A DNA stretch of 55,285 bases from Gaiellaceae bacterium (GTDB lineage Bacteria; Actinomycetota; Thermoleophilia; Gaiellales; Gaiellaceae): NCBI GenBank assembly GCA_035697545.1, contig DASSCT010000191.1, forward strand, positions 1 through 55,285. The letters are read 5' to 3'. Position 1 is the first letter of the stretch; each line of letters opens with the position of its first letter. The translations under genes were made by a program, and so were the position numbers. Below are positions 8,721 to 16,858 of the stretch, piece by piece. The notes below the pieces were generated by a model, which was not told the DNA's origin, did no database searches, and worked only from the letters and a program-made list of their open reading frames with translations.

Positions 8721-9475
8721 CGGCGCCGAACTCCCACTTCGTCACGCTCGAGAACGTCAGGAAGCGGTTCGAGGATCTCGAGGTCCTCCGTGGCATCAAC
8801 CTCACCGTCGACCTACACCAGGTCGTGTGCCTGATCGGCGCCTCGGGCTCGGGCAAGTCAACGCTGCTCCGCTGCATCAACCTGCTCGAGCGCGTCGACG
8901 AGGGAACGATCGTCGTCGACGGACAGACGATCACGGACGGGAAGGTCGACCTGAACGCGCTCCGCCGCAGCATCGGAATCGTGTTCCAGGCCTACAACCT
9001 CTTCCCGCACATGACCGTTCTGGACAACGTCACGCTCGCGCCGATCCACGCCCGCGGGCTGTCGAAGCAGAAGGCTCGTGCCAGGGCGCGCGAGCTGCTC
9101 GCCGAGATTGGCTTGGCCGACAAGGCCGAGGAGTTTCCGGACCGGCTCTCCGGAGGCCAGCAGCAGCGGGTCGCGATCGCCCGGGCGCTCGCGATGGACC
9201 CGAACCTCTTGCTCCTCGACGAGATCACGAGCGCGCTCGACCCGCAGCTGATCGGCGAGGTCCTCGAGCTCGTCCGCGGGCTCGCAGGCGTCGGGATGAC
9301 GATGGTCATCGCCACCCACGAGATGAGCTTCGCGCGCGAGGTTGCGGACAAGATCTGCTTCCTGGACGCCGGCGTCATCCTCGAGGAAGGGCCCGCCGAG
9401 CAGCTCTTCTCGGAGCCGCGGGAGGAGCGGACACGCGAGTTCCTCCGTCGCGTGATCGAGGCGGGGCGGTTTTAG
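8717..9475 (+). CDS. Amino-acid ABC transporter ATP-binding protein
   Basis: Walker A GASGSGKST, Q-loop, signature LSGGQQQRVAIARAL, Walker B LLLLDE, H-loop ATHEM. 4-nt overlap with the permease. Confidence 0.95.
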   Translation: MTAPNSHFVTLENVRKRFEDLEVLRGINLTVDLHQVVCLIGASGSGKSTLLRCINLLERVDEGTIVVDGQTITDGKVDLNALRRSIGIVFQAYNLFPHMTVLDNVTLAPIHARGLSKQKARARARELLAEIGLADKAEEFPDRLSGGQQQRVAIARALAMDPNLLLLDEITSALDPQLIGEVLELVRGLAGVGMTMVIATHEMSFAREVADKICFLDAGVILEEGPAEQLFSEPREERTREFLRRVIEAGRF

Positions 9476-10050
9476 TGCTGGAGCGGCTCAAGGACGCGCG
9501 CAAGACTCCGCTTGCGGTGGCCGGGATCCTCGCGACGCCGCTCTTCTTCGTCGCCCTGATGGCGTTCTCGCTTCTGCTCGACAAACCGACAGTGGCCGCG
9601 AACGGAGAGCTCGGCGACCCCTCACCATCCACCGTGCGCACGATCTATCTGCTCTCGTTCGGCGTGTCCGCGGGCATCGTCCTCGTCGGCGTCCTCGCGC
9701 TCTTTATGCCCCGACTGGGCGTGTTCGTGCCGGCTCTCGCCGCGATCGCCGTGACGGTTGGCTTGCTCCTGCCGCTCGGAACCTGGGAGACAGATCACTC
9801 GGCCCGGTATCCCCAGGGCGTCGACCTCATTCCGATGAGCGATCCTGGTGACCTGATACTGCGTGGCGAGTGGGAGGAGAACGCCCACAAAGCGGCGCGG
9901 CAGATCGGTTTCTGGACGATCGCGATCGCGATCGCTGCGATGGCCATCTCCGCGGCGCTCGAGATCCGGCGAAGGCGCAAGCCGGCGCCGCCGCCCGTTC
10001 CGCCGCCGCCCGAGATCGCCGGCGGGGAGCCGACGATCGTGCAGCTTTAG
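9475..10050 (+). CDS. Hypothetical membrane protein with a proline-rich C-terminus
   Basis: The GTG at 9475 shares one base with the ATPase TAG stop. It has four hydrophobic helices and the tail RRRKPAPPPVPPPPEIAGGEPTIVQL. The upstream part of the 8827 ORF is an alternate frame of the ATPase gene. Confidence 0.6.
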   Translation: MLERLKDARKTPLAVAGILATPLFFVALMAFSLLLDKPTVAANGELGDPSPSTVRTIYLLSFGVSAGIVLVGVLALFMPRLGVFVPALAAIAVTVGLLLPLGTWETDHSARYPQGVDLIPMSDPGDLILRGEWEENAHKAARQIGFWTIAIAIAAMAISAALEIRRRRKPAPPPVPPPPEIAGGEPTIVQL

Positions 10051-11192
10051 CGACGCGGGAGCGGAACGACCAGGAAGAGGACGGCCAGCAGGAGCCCGAG
10101 GGCGCCCACCGCACCGAGCGAGATCCGCAGGTCGGCGACGTCGGCCAGCACGCCGACAACGGCGGGCCCGACGAGGAAGCCGAGATACATCAGCGTGGTC
10201 GTCGACCCGATCACCGTCGCCCGTTCGCTCCGGGCCGCGGCTCCGCCGGCGAGCCCCAGAATCGTCGGTGCCAGAACCGAGCAACCGGCGCCGGCGAACA
10301 CGATGCCGGCGAGCGCGGTCGCAGACGTCGGCGCGGCGGCGGCCACCGACGTCCCGGCTCCGGCGATCACGGATCCAGCCACGAGCAGCCTCCGCTCGGA
10401 CCAGCGCGCGAGCAACCGGTTTCCTGCGAGGCGTCCGGCCGCCATCGAAGCGGCGAAGAGCGCCGGACCGAGCGCGCTCACAGCGGCAGTGGCGTCGAGC
10501 GTCCGTTCGAGAAACACCGCGCCCCAGTTCTGCCAGGCGCTCTCGATCCAGAAGGCCAGCGCGCCGAGGCAGCCGAGCACCAGCACCCAGCCGGGGACAC
10601 GCTGAAAGAGGCGCGGCCGCTCGTGCGCCGGCGGAGGGGTCCAACCCGCCCGGCCGCCTGGACGAGCCGCGACCGCGGCGAGACCGATTACGAGTGCCGC
10701 AAGGAGAAACACGGCGGGCGCTCCAGCCCCTGCCCAGCGCAGCGCTCCAGTCGCGAGGCTGCCGACGAAGACCGCCGCCGAGAAGCTTGCGTGCGCGAGG
10801 TTCATGAGCGGCCGCCCGGAGGCGATCTCCTCCCGCACGGCGTCGGCATTGATCGCGACGTCCACTGCGCCCGAGGCGGCCCCGACAACGGCGAGCGCGA
10901 GCGAGAGTTGGAGCGGCGACGTCGCGAGGCCGGGGAAGACACCCGAAATGGCAAGCGCCCCGACCGTGATGGGAGTGAGCATCGGTCCGAAGCGATCCAT
11001 GAGGACGCCGGTCCCGCGCATGGACAGGAGCGCACCCACTCCCACGAGCAGGAGCGCGAAGCCCAGCTCCGCATCGCTCGCGCCGGAACGCCGCTGCACA
11101 GCTGGAAGCGCAGCCCCCCAGGCGCCCCAGTAGACGCCGAGAGCCGCGAAGCCGAGCAGGACTTTTTCCCGACCATCGACAGCCATCGCCAC
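10047..11192 (-). CDS. MFS transporter (about 12 TM)
   Basis: 381 aa, hydrophobic throughout, with MFS-like loops (MDRFGP). Its end overlaps the convergent upstream gene by 4 nt. Confidence 0.8.
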   Translation of the reverse strand: MAMAVDGREKVLLGFAALGVYWGAWGAALPAVQRRSGASDAELGFALLLVGVGALLSMRGTGVLMDRFGPMLTPITVGALAISGVFPGLATSPLQLSLALAVVGAASGAVDVAINADAVREEIASGRPLMNLAHASFSAAVFVGSLATGALRWAGAGAPAVFLLAALVIGLAAVAARPGGRAGWTPPPAHERPRLFQRVPGWVLVLGCLGALAFWIESAWQNWGAVFLERTLDATAAVSALGPALFAASMAAGRLAGNRLLARWSERRLLVAGSVIAGAGTSVAAAAPTSATALAGIVFAGAGCSVLAPTILGLAGGAAARSERATVIGSTTTLMYLGFLVGPAVVGVLADVADLRISLGAVGALGLLLAVLFLVVPLPRR

Positions 11193-11233
11193 TAGGATCG
11201 CTTCAGAGCAAGCACCCGAGAGGAAGGACCCGC

Positions 11234-11830
11234 ATGAGCCTGATCGCCCGCCTCGACGAAGCCCGTCGCCGACGGAACATCCTCGAACACCCCTTCTACA
11301 CGCGCTGGGAGCGTGGTGAGCTCACCCGGCCGGAGCTCGCGGACTATGCCGCCGAGTACCGGCATGCCGTCGTCGCGCTCGCCGCGACAGCCGAGAGCGC
11401 CGCGCCGCTCGCCGGCTCGGAGCATGCGGCCGAGGAGCGTTCCCATGTCGAGCTGTGGGATGCGTTTGCCTGCACGCTCGACGCCGATCTCGAGCGAGCG
11501 CCACGGCCCGAGACCGAGCGCTGTGCAGCGGCGTGGACCGCCGCCGCGGATCCGCTCGAGGCGCTCGCCGTCCTCTATGCGATCGAAGCGGGCCAGCCCG
11601 AGGTCTCGACGACGAAGCTCGAGGGCCTCGTCGAGCATTACGGCTTCGAGCGCAGCGGCTCGGGCACCGCGTATTTCCGCATCCACGCCGAGCGCGACCA
11701 CGCGCACGCAGGGCACTCGCGGGAGCTCCTCGAACGGCACGCGTCGCACGCCGACGAGGATCGCCTGGTCGCCGCAGCCGAAGCCGCGCTCGAGGGCAAC
11801 TGGACGCTCCTGGACGGCGTCTCGACTTAG
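11234..11830 (+). CDS. Heme-oxygenase-like di-iron protein (TenA/PqqC/CADD superfamily)
   Basis: N-terminus HPFYTRWERGELTRPELADYAAEY. ExxH at EERSH. HxxxDxxH at IHAERDHAH. A GGAAGGA Shine-Dalgarno sequence lies 6 nt upstream. Confidence 0.75.
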   Translation: MSLIARLDEARRRRNILEHPFYTRWERGELTRPELADYAAEYRHAVVALAATAESAAPLAGSEHAAEERSHVELWDAFACTLDADLERAPRPETERCAAAWTAAADPLEALAVLYAIEAGQPEVSTTKLEGLVEHYGFERSGSGTAYFRIHAERDHAHAGHSRELLERHASHADEDRLVAAAEAALEGNWTLLDGVST

Positions 11831-11831
11831 G

Positions 11832-12014
11832 CTAAGCGCCGCGGCGGTCGCGGAATCCCGTGACCCGGGCGAGGTGGGCGAGCGCGAGCCCGCCCAGTAG
11901 AGCGCTGGCGAGAGCCAGGAGCCCGAGCACCGTCATGACGAACGGATCGTTGAACGGATCGTCGGGAGCCGCTTTCGCCAGGCGGTCGGACAGGCCCTTC
12001 GCGCTGCGCGCCAC
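11832..12014 (-). CDS. Small ORF encoding a C-terminal TM anchor; possibly the tail of a frameshifted surface-protein gene
   Basis: Ends VMTVLGLLALASALLGGLALAHLARVTGFRDRRGA. The frame stays open and protein-like upstream of its GTG (GVKAPFEAAGAV). Confidence 0.3.
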   Translation of the reverse strand: MARSAKGLSDRLAKAAPDDPFNDPFVMTVLGLLALASALLGGLALAHLARVTGFRDRRGA

Positions 12015-12328
12015 CGCTCCGGCTGCTTCGAACGGCGCCTTGACCCCTTCTTGACCGCGGAGGCGACTCCACCGCCGGAGTTGTCGTCGTCGCGAGCCGC
12101 GACCGCGCTGGGGTCGGTCGACGCGGAGGCGAGCTGGGCGACCGGCCCGCTCCAGACGCTCGCGCTTCGGGCCTTGCGGATCTGGTCCTTGGTGATCTTC
12201 CCTCGCGCGACGACGATCGGCACCGCCGCCGCATCCCTCGTCACGCCGCGGGCGCGAATGACGAGGCGGTAACCGCCCTCGGGAAGGGGACGACCCCGCA
12301 GCCGGCCGCGGAAGCGCACACGGTTCAC
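11933..12328 (-). CDS. Hypothetical protein (beta-rich N-terminal half; the C-terminal half looks out of frame)
   Basis: Its GTG overlaps the upstream TGA (GTGA). The N-terminal segment VNRVRFRGRLRGRPLPEGGYRLVIRARGVTRDAAAVPIVVARGKI is protein-like. After about aa 95 the sequence becomes R/S/K-rich junk, while another frame carries the TM anchor. Confidence 0.4.
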   Translation of the reverse strand: MNRVRFRGRLRGRPLPEGGYRLVIRARGVTRDAAAVPIVVARGKITKDQIRKARSASVWSGPVAQLASASTDPSAVAARDDDNSGGGVASAVKKGSRRRSKQPERWRAARRACPTAWRKRLPTIRSTIRSS

Positions 12329-12927
12329 GCCGGAGTGGGCGCGAACGTGACTTCGGCGCGCGCTCTTGCTACAGCGCGTCGGCTTTGCGCTCCCGGCGCT
12401 CCAGAGCTTCCCGTCGATCCCGTTCCAGAGCCTCCGGCTCCCTGGCTTCCACCTGTGGGAGACGACGTGGAGCCGCCCGTCGAGGTGCCCCCGGAAGTGC
12501 CCCCCGTCGAGGAAGGCGGTGGCGGTGGCGGCAAAAGCGCGGGCGGCGGTGGGAGCGCCGGTGGAGGCGGAGCCGGCGGCAGCACCGGTGGCGGTGGCGG
12601 TAGCGACGGCGGCGACGGGAGCGGTGGTGGAGGCGGGAGCGGCGGTGGGGGAAGCGGCGGTGGCGGGAGGGGCGGGGGTGGCGGGAGTGGAGGTGGCGGA
12701 CGTGGAGGTGGAGGCGGGAGCGGCGGCGGTGGAAGCGGCGGCGGTGGAAGCGGAGGCGGAGGCGGGAGCGGCGGAAGCTCCGCCTGTGCATTGGAGGCCG
12801 CAAAATGGGCGGCGATCGGGGATCCTGCCGGTAGTGCGACGAGGCAGGCGACGGCCGCCGTCGCCGAAGCGATGAGCGCGCGCATCATTGCTCTCACAAG
12901 GGAGATCGAGCGCTTGCGGTTACGCAT
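12325..12927 (-). CDS. Secreted proline-repeat protein: signal peptide, (PPPPL)n tract, then a Ser/Thr/Gly-rich linker
   Basis: MRNRKRSISLVRAMMRALIASATAAVACLVALPAG...AQA looks like a signal peptide. About 85 aa of PPPPL-type repeats follow, then STGGTSGGTSTGGSTSSPTGG. The start could instead be the ATG at 12888. The remainder of the 373-aa ORF upstream is R-rich and implausible. Confidence 0.55.
   Translation of the reverse strand: MRNRKRSISLVRAMMRALIASATAAVACLVALPAGSPIAAHFAASNAQAELPPLPPPPPLPPPPLPPPPLPPPPPRPPPPLPPPPPLPPPPLPPPPLPPPPPLPSPPSLPPPPPVLPPAPPPPALPPPPALLPPPPPPSSTGGTSGGTSTGGSTSSPTGGSQGAGGSGTGSTGSSGAPGAQSRRAVARARAEVTFAPTPA
12513..12776. repeat. Low-complexity, roughly 15-nt-periodic GGN/CCN tract (poly-Pro on the minus strand, poly-Gly on the plus strand)
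   Basis: Runs of GGCGGTGGAAGC-type units. It contains G-tract clusters such as GGGAGGGGCGGGGGTGGCGGG on the plus strand. Confidence 0.8.
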
Positions 12928-13046
12928 TCCACGAGGCCGCAAGATCGGCGGCGCGGCGGCATCTCTCCTAGGTAGCCGGGGACCGACGTCCGGGCCCGCG
13001 CGGCCAGGTGCGGCATCGCACTGAGGCCCGGACGACCGCCCCCGGC

Positions 13047-13052
13047 TACTCT
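13047..13052 (+). promoter_or_regulatory. -10-like hexamer TACTCT, 6 nt upstream of the GTG at 13059
   Basis: It fits TANNNT and there is no Shine-Dalgarno sequence. This supports the GTG at 13059 as a leaderless start for the Kelch gene. Confidence 0.4.
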
Positions 13053-13058
13053 CGCGGC

Positions 13059-13988
13059 GTGAGGCGAGCGCTCGCTTATGCGGTCCTGGCTGTCCTACTG
13101 GGAGGCGGCATGGCGAGCGCGGCTCCGCCGCGCTGGCGCTCGGCCGCGCCCGTTCCGGTTCCGCGGACCGAGGTGGCCGCGGCCCTCTTCGGCCGTGAGA
13201 TCGCCGTCGTCGGCGGGTTCCTCGCGAACGGTCAGAACTCGAGCCGCGTGGATGCTTACTCGCCGACGCGAAACCGCTGGCGGCGGCTTCCCAACCTGCC
13301 GGTGCGGGTCGACCACGCGATGGCGGCGGGCCGTGGCTCCGAGCTCTACGTTGTGGGCGGCTACGGGCCCGGCTCAGTTGCCCGAGCGACTGCGTTCGTC
13401 CTCCGTCGCGGACGCTGGAGCGCACTCCCGCCGCTTCCTGCTCCACGCGCTGCCGCCGGAGCGGCGATCGGCGCCAGAAAGCTCTACGTCGTGGGCGGCG
13501 TCGAAGCTCCGGGCCGACTCGCCCAGGATGGATTCGCGTACGACTTCCAAGATCGGCGATGGACGCTGATCGCAGGCCCGAGGCCGCGGGAGCACCTCGG
13601 TGCTGCGGCCCTCGGCGGAGTTGTCTACGCCGTGGCCGGGCGTACTACCGGCCTCGACTCGAACCTCGACATCGTCGAGGCCTACGACGCCGGCGTGAAC
13701 CGCTGGCGGGCGCTTCCGCGGGTGCCCGGCCGGCGCGGCGGCACAGCCGCCGCCGCCGTCGCCGGACGCCTCGTGTCGGCGGGCGGGGAGGAGCCCGGCG
13801 GGACGATCCGCACGGTTTTCGCGTACAACCCGGGCACGCGCCGCTGGAGCAGCCTGCCGAGCCTCCCCCGGCCTCGCCACGGGCTCGGCCTGGTCGGCTA
13901 CCGGGGCCGTGCCTACGCCCTTGCCGGTGGCCCGCAGCCGGGCCTGACGGTGAGCGGCTCGAACCAGGTGTTACATCTCAGGCCGTAG
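13059..13988 (+). CDS. Secreted Kelch-repeat protein (beta-propeller)
   Basis: Signal peptide VRRALAYAVLAVLLGGGMASAAP. About six repeats of the form xxVVGG...W..LP.LP.PR. The ORF track's longest start is 13008. Confidence 0.8.
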   Translation: MRRALAYAVLAVLLGGGMASAAPPRWRSAAPVPVPRTEVAAALFGREIAVVGGFLANGQNSSRVDAYSPTRNRWRRLPNLPVRVDHAMAAGRGSELYVVGGYGPGSVARATAFVLRRGRWSALPPLPAPRAAAGAAIGARKLYVVGGVEAPGRLAQDGFAYDFQDRRWTLIAGPRPREHLGAAALGGVVYAVAGRTTGLDSNLDIVEAYDAGVNRWRALPRVPGRRGGTAAAAVAGRLVSAGGEEPGGTIRTVFAYNPGTRRWSSLPSLPRPRHGLGLVGYRGRAYALAGGPQPGLTVSGSNQVLHLRP

Positions 13989-14252
13989 GCCGGTCGCAAC
14001 CGTCCGACGGCCGTCGCGCTTGTAGACGACGTCGACCGAGTCGTGCTTGCGGTACGTGCCCGCGACGCCCAGGAAGATGCTGGTCCAGCGCATCGCGCCG
14101 AGCTTGCCTTCCTGCGCGAGTTTGCGGTTGAAGACGAGGGTGCGCCCCTGCACGCGATAGTTGCGCCCGGGCTCCTGCCGGACGCCGTTCACGAAGACCT
14201 CGAAGTCCTCGGGAACATCTGGCGGTAGCTCGACTCGCGCCCCCTCAGCCAT
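13971..14252 (-). CDS. Hypothetical small protein (93 aa)
   Basis: From the ATG at 14252: MAEGARVELPPDVPEDFEVFVNGVRQEPGRNYRVQGRTLVFNRKL.... The composition is protein-like, while the part of the 163-aa ORF further upstream is not. I recognise no family. Confidence 0.5.
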   Translation of the reverse strand: MAEGARVELPPDVPEDFEVFVNGVRQEPGRNYRVQGRTLVFNRKLAQEGKLGAMRWTSIFLGVAGTYRKHDSVDVVYKRDGRRTVATGLRPEM

Positions 14253-14298
14253 GTGAGAGGCGTCTCGATGTGGTCGTGCGGGGAGCCACCCTCGTAGA

Positions 14299-15234
14299 AT
14301 GCCCGAGCCCGTGGCAACCGCCACCCTGCTCGCCGCCTCAGGCTTGACGCCCGTCAAGCCCGAATCTCCGAACGCGGAGCGGATCGCCGACCTGTTCTGG
14401 TTCGTCACCTTCTTCGCGATCGTGGTGTTCCTCGTGGTCGCGATTCCGCTGGTCGTCTTCATCGTCCGCTACAGGAGCCGGGGCCGTTCGCGGGGGGAGG
14501 AAGGGCCGCAGATCGTCGGCAACACAAACCTCGAGATCGCGTGGACGGCGGTGCCGGTGGTCATCCTGATCCTCATCGCGGGCTTCACGTTCTACAAGCT
14601 TCCGGGCCTCTCGCTCGAAGCCCCGAATGAGCTCGAGGTTCAGGTCGAGGGTCGCCAGTTCTATTGGCAGTACCGCTACCCGAACGGAGCAATCGCGATC
14701 GACAAGCTCGTGGCGCCGGCGGATCGCGTGGTCAGGCTGCATGTCACGGCCCCCGACTACGACGTCATCCACAGCTACTGGGTGCCGGCCCTCTTCGGGA
14801 AGATGGACGCGATCCCGGGCAGGACGAACGAGGTCGAGTTCAAGGGCAAGGTCGGGACGTACAAGGGGCAGTGCGCCGAGTTCTGCGGGCTTCAGCACGC
14901 GAGGATGCTGAACCAGATCCAGGTCATACCCTCCGAGCAGTTCGACACGTGGCTCACCGAGCAGGGCGCCGCTCAGACCGCGGGGAGGTCCGATCTGGGC
15001 GAGCAGGAGTTCACCGGCGTCTGCGCCAAGTGCCACGGGGACCGGGGTCAGGGAGACATCGGCCCCGCGTTCAGCGCCGCGACAGTGTCGAGCGCCCAAT
15101 CCGTCGAGCAGATCGTCCGCGAGGGGCGAAACAAGATGCCGCCCGTCGGTCGGGGCTGGAGCGACGAGCAGATGCAGGCGCTCACCGCTTACCTGCAGCA
15201 GCGATTCGCCCAGGGGAGCCCGCCGGGTGGCTAG
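14299..15234 (+). CDS. ctaC: Cytochrome c oxidase subunit II with a C-terminal fused cytochrome c domain (caa3-type)
   Basis: Two N-terminal TM helices. CuA site: HSYWVPALFGKMD...CAEFCGLQHARM. C-terminal CAKCH heme-c motif with NKMPPVG. Confidence 0.95.
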   Translation: MPEPVATATLLAASGLTPVKPESPNAERIADLFWFVTFFAIVVFLVVAIPLVVFIVRYRSRGRSRGEEGPQIVGNTNLEIAWTAVPVVILILIAGFTFYKLPGLSLEAPNELEVQVEGRQFYWQYRYPNGAIAIDKLVAPADRVVRLHVTAPDYDVIHSYWVPALFGKMDAIPGRTNEVEFKGKVGTYKGQCAEFCGLQHARMLNQIQVIPSEQFDTWLTEQGAAQTAGRSDLGEQEFTGVCAKCHGDRGQGDIGPAFSAATVSSAQSVEQIVREGRNKMPPVGRGWSDEQMQALTAYLQQRFAQGSPPGG

Positions 15235-16858
15235 CCGCGCCGAGACCCCGGTCTACCCGGTCCCCTGGTACCAGGGGCGTGTCGCGAGCTGGGTCGCCAC
15301 GGTGGACCACAAGCGCATCGGGATCCTCTACATCCTGACGAGCCTGATCTTCTTCCTCGCAGGCGGGATCCTCGCGCTGCTGATTCGCACACAGCTGATC
15401 GCGACCAACGTCGACATCTTCGCCCACGACACCTACAACGAGCTCTTCACAATGCACGGCACGACGATGGTCTTCCTCGTCGTCGTCCCGATCTTCGCCG
15501 GCTTTGCGAACTACGTCGTGCCGCTAATGATCGGCGCCCGGGACGTGGCCTTCCCGCGCCTCAACGCGCTTTCGTACTGGCTCTTCCTCTTCGGCGGCGT
15601 GATTCTCTACGGCAGCTGGTTTGCGGAGGGCGGCGCGGCCAAGGCCGGCTGGACGTCCTACCCGCCGCTGTCGGCCGAGACCGCCGGCAACGGACAGGAC
15701 CTGTGGATCGTCGGCCTCCACGTCCTTTCGCTCGCCTCCCTCGCCGGCGCGATCAACTTCCTCGCGACGATCCACAACATGCGCACGGCCGGGATGACGT
15801 GGATGCGGCTGCCGCTCTTTGTCTGGACGATCGAGATCTACTCCGCGCTGCTCGTCCTCGTGCTGCCCGCCCTCTCGGCGGGCTTGACGATGCTGCTGCT
15901 CGACCGCCAGGGCTGGACGCACTTCTTCCTCCCGGGCGACGGGGGCGATCCGGTCCTCTACCAGCACGTCTTCTGGTTCTTCGGCCACCCCGAGGTCTAC
16001 GTGATGATCCTGCCGGCGATGGGGATCATCTCGGAGATCATTCCCGTCTTCTCGCGGAAGCCGATCTTCGGCTACAAGGCGATCGCGTTCTCGACGGTCG
16101 CGATCGGCTTCTACTCGCTCCTCGTCTGGGCCCACCACATGTTCGCCGTCGGCCTCGGCTGGGGCCTCGACATCTGGTTCATGCTCGCCTCGCTGATCAT
16201 CGCGGTCCCAACCGGGGTCAAGATCTTCAACTGGATAGCGACGACCTGGCGCGGCAACCTGATCTTCGACACGCCGATGCTCTTCTCGCTCGGGTTCATC
16301 GCCGTCTTCACGATCGGCGGTCTCTCCGGGATCTACGTCGCCGTCTTCCCGTTCGACTGGCAGGTGCACGACACGTACTTCGTCGTCGCCCACCTCCACT
16401 ACGTGCTTTTCGGCGGCTCCGTGTTCGGGATCTTCGCGGCGCTCTACTACTGGTGGCCGAAGATGTTCGGCCGCTACCTGAACGAGACGCTCGGGAAGTG
16501 GCACTTCTGGCTGACGTTCATCGGCTTCAACCTCGCCTTCTTCCCGCAACACTTCCTCGGACTGATGGGGATGCCCCGCCGCATCTACACGTACACCGAC
16601 TCCTCGTGGGAGCTCTACAACCTGCTGTCAACGCTCGGGTCCTACGTGATGGGTCTCGCAGCGCTGATCTTCATCGCCAACGTGATCTGGTCGCGGCGCC
16701 GGAGCCCGCGTGCCGTCAGCGATCCGTGGGTGGCGGACACGCTCGAGTGGTTCACGACCTCGCCGCCGCCGCCGCACAACTTCGACAAGGTGCCGTACGT
16801 TACGAGCGCCAGGCCGCTCCGAGACCTGCGCCGCCGGCTTGCGGAGGAGCGGGTATGA
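15227..16858 (+). CDS. ctaD: Cytochrome c oxidase subunit I
   Basis: DHKRIGILY, FTMHGTTMVF, WFFGHPEVYV and HHMF motifs. GTG start overlapping ctaC by 8 nt. Confidence 0.97.
   Translation: MASRAETPVYPVPWYQGRVASWVATVDHKRIGILYILTSLIFFLAGGILALLIRTQLIATNVDIFAHDTYNELFTMHGTTMVFLVVVPIFAGFANYVVPLMIGARDVAFPRLNALSYWLFLFGGVILYGSWFAEGGAAKAGWTSYPPLSAETAGNGQDLWIVGLHVLSLASLAGAINFLATIHNMRTAGMTWMRLPLFVWTIEIYSALLVLVLPALSAGLTMLLLDRQGWTHFFLPGDGGDPVLYQHVFWFFGHPEVYVMILPAMGIISEIIPVFSRKPIFGYKAIAFSTVAIGFYSLLVWAHHMFAVGLGWGLDIWFMLASLIIAVPTGVKIFNWIATTWRGNLIFDTPMLFSLGFIAVFTIGGLSGIYVAVFPFDWQVHDTYFVVAHLHYVLFGGSVFGIFAALYYWWPKMFGRYLNETLGKWHFWLTFIGFNLAFFPQHFLGLMGMPRRIYTYTDSSWELYNLLSTLGSYVMGLAALIFIANVIWSRRRSPRAVSDPWVADTLEWFTTSPPPPHNFDKVPYVTSARPLRDLRRRLAEERV

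Noticed and set aside
12322-12330. Selenocysteine or programmed frameshifting at the TGA/GTG junction between the Pro-repeat ORF and the next ORF.
   Set aside because: In-frame read-through gives a short nonsense tail. No slippery heptamer or SECIS-like hairpin is evident. GTGA overlaps are the normal coupling mode throughout this window.
12513-12776. Whether the periodic repeat tract could be a CRISPR array.
   Set aside because: There are no alternating unique spacers. It is a short-period (about 15 nt) coding-type low-complexity repeat, and there are no cas genes.
12335-13024. The plus-strand 229-aa ORF encoding (GGGGS)n across the repeat tract.
   Set aside because: It lacks a signal peptide or any recognisable domain, and its flanks are Arg/Ala-rich. 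The minus-strand reading has a signal peptide and a coupled downstream ORF. I keep it as an open ambiguity in the findings rather than as a feature.
15703-16854. The N-terminal 384 aa of the 777-aa ORF 15703-18036.
   Set aside because: It is an alternate frame of ctaD. The ctaB product starts at the ATG at 16855, which overlaps the ctaD stop.
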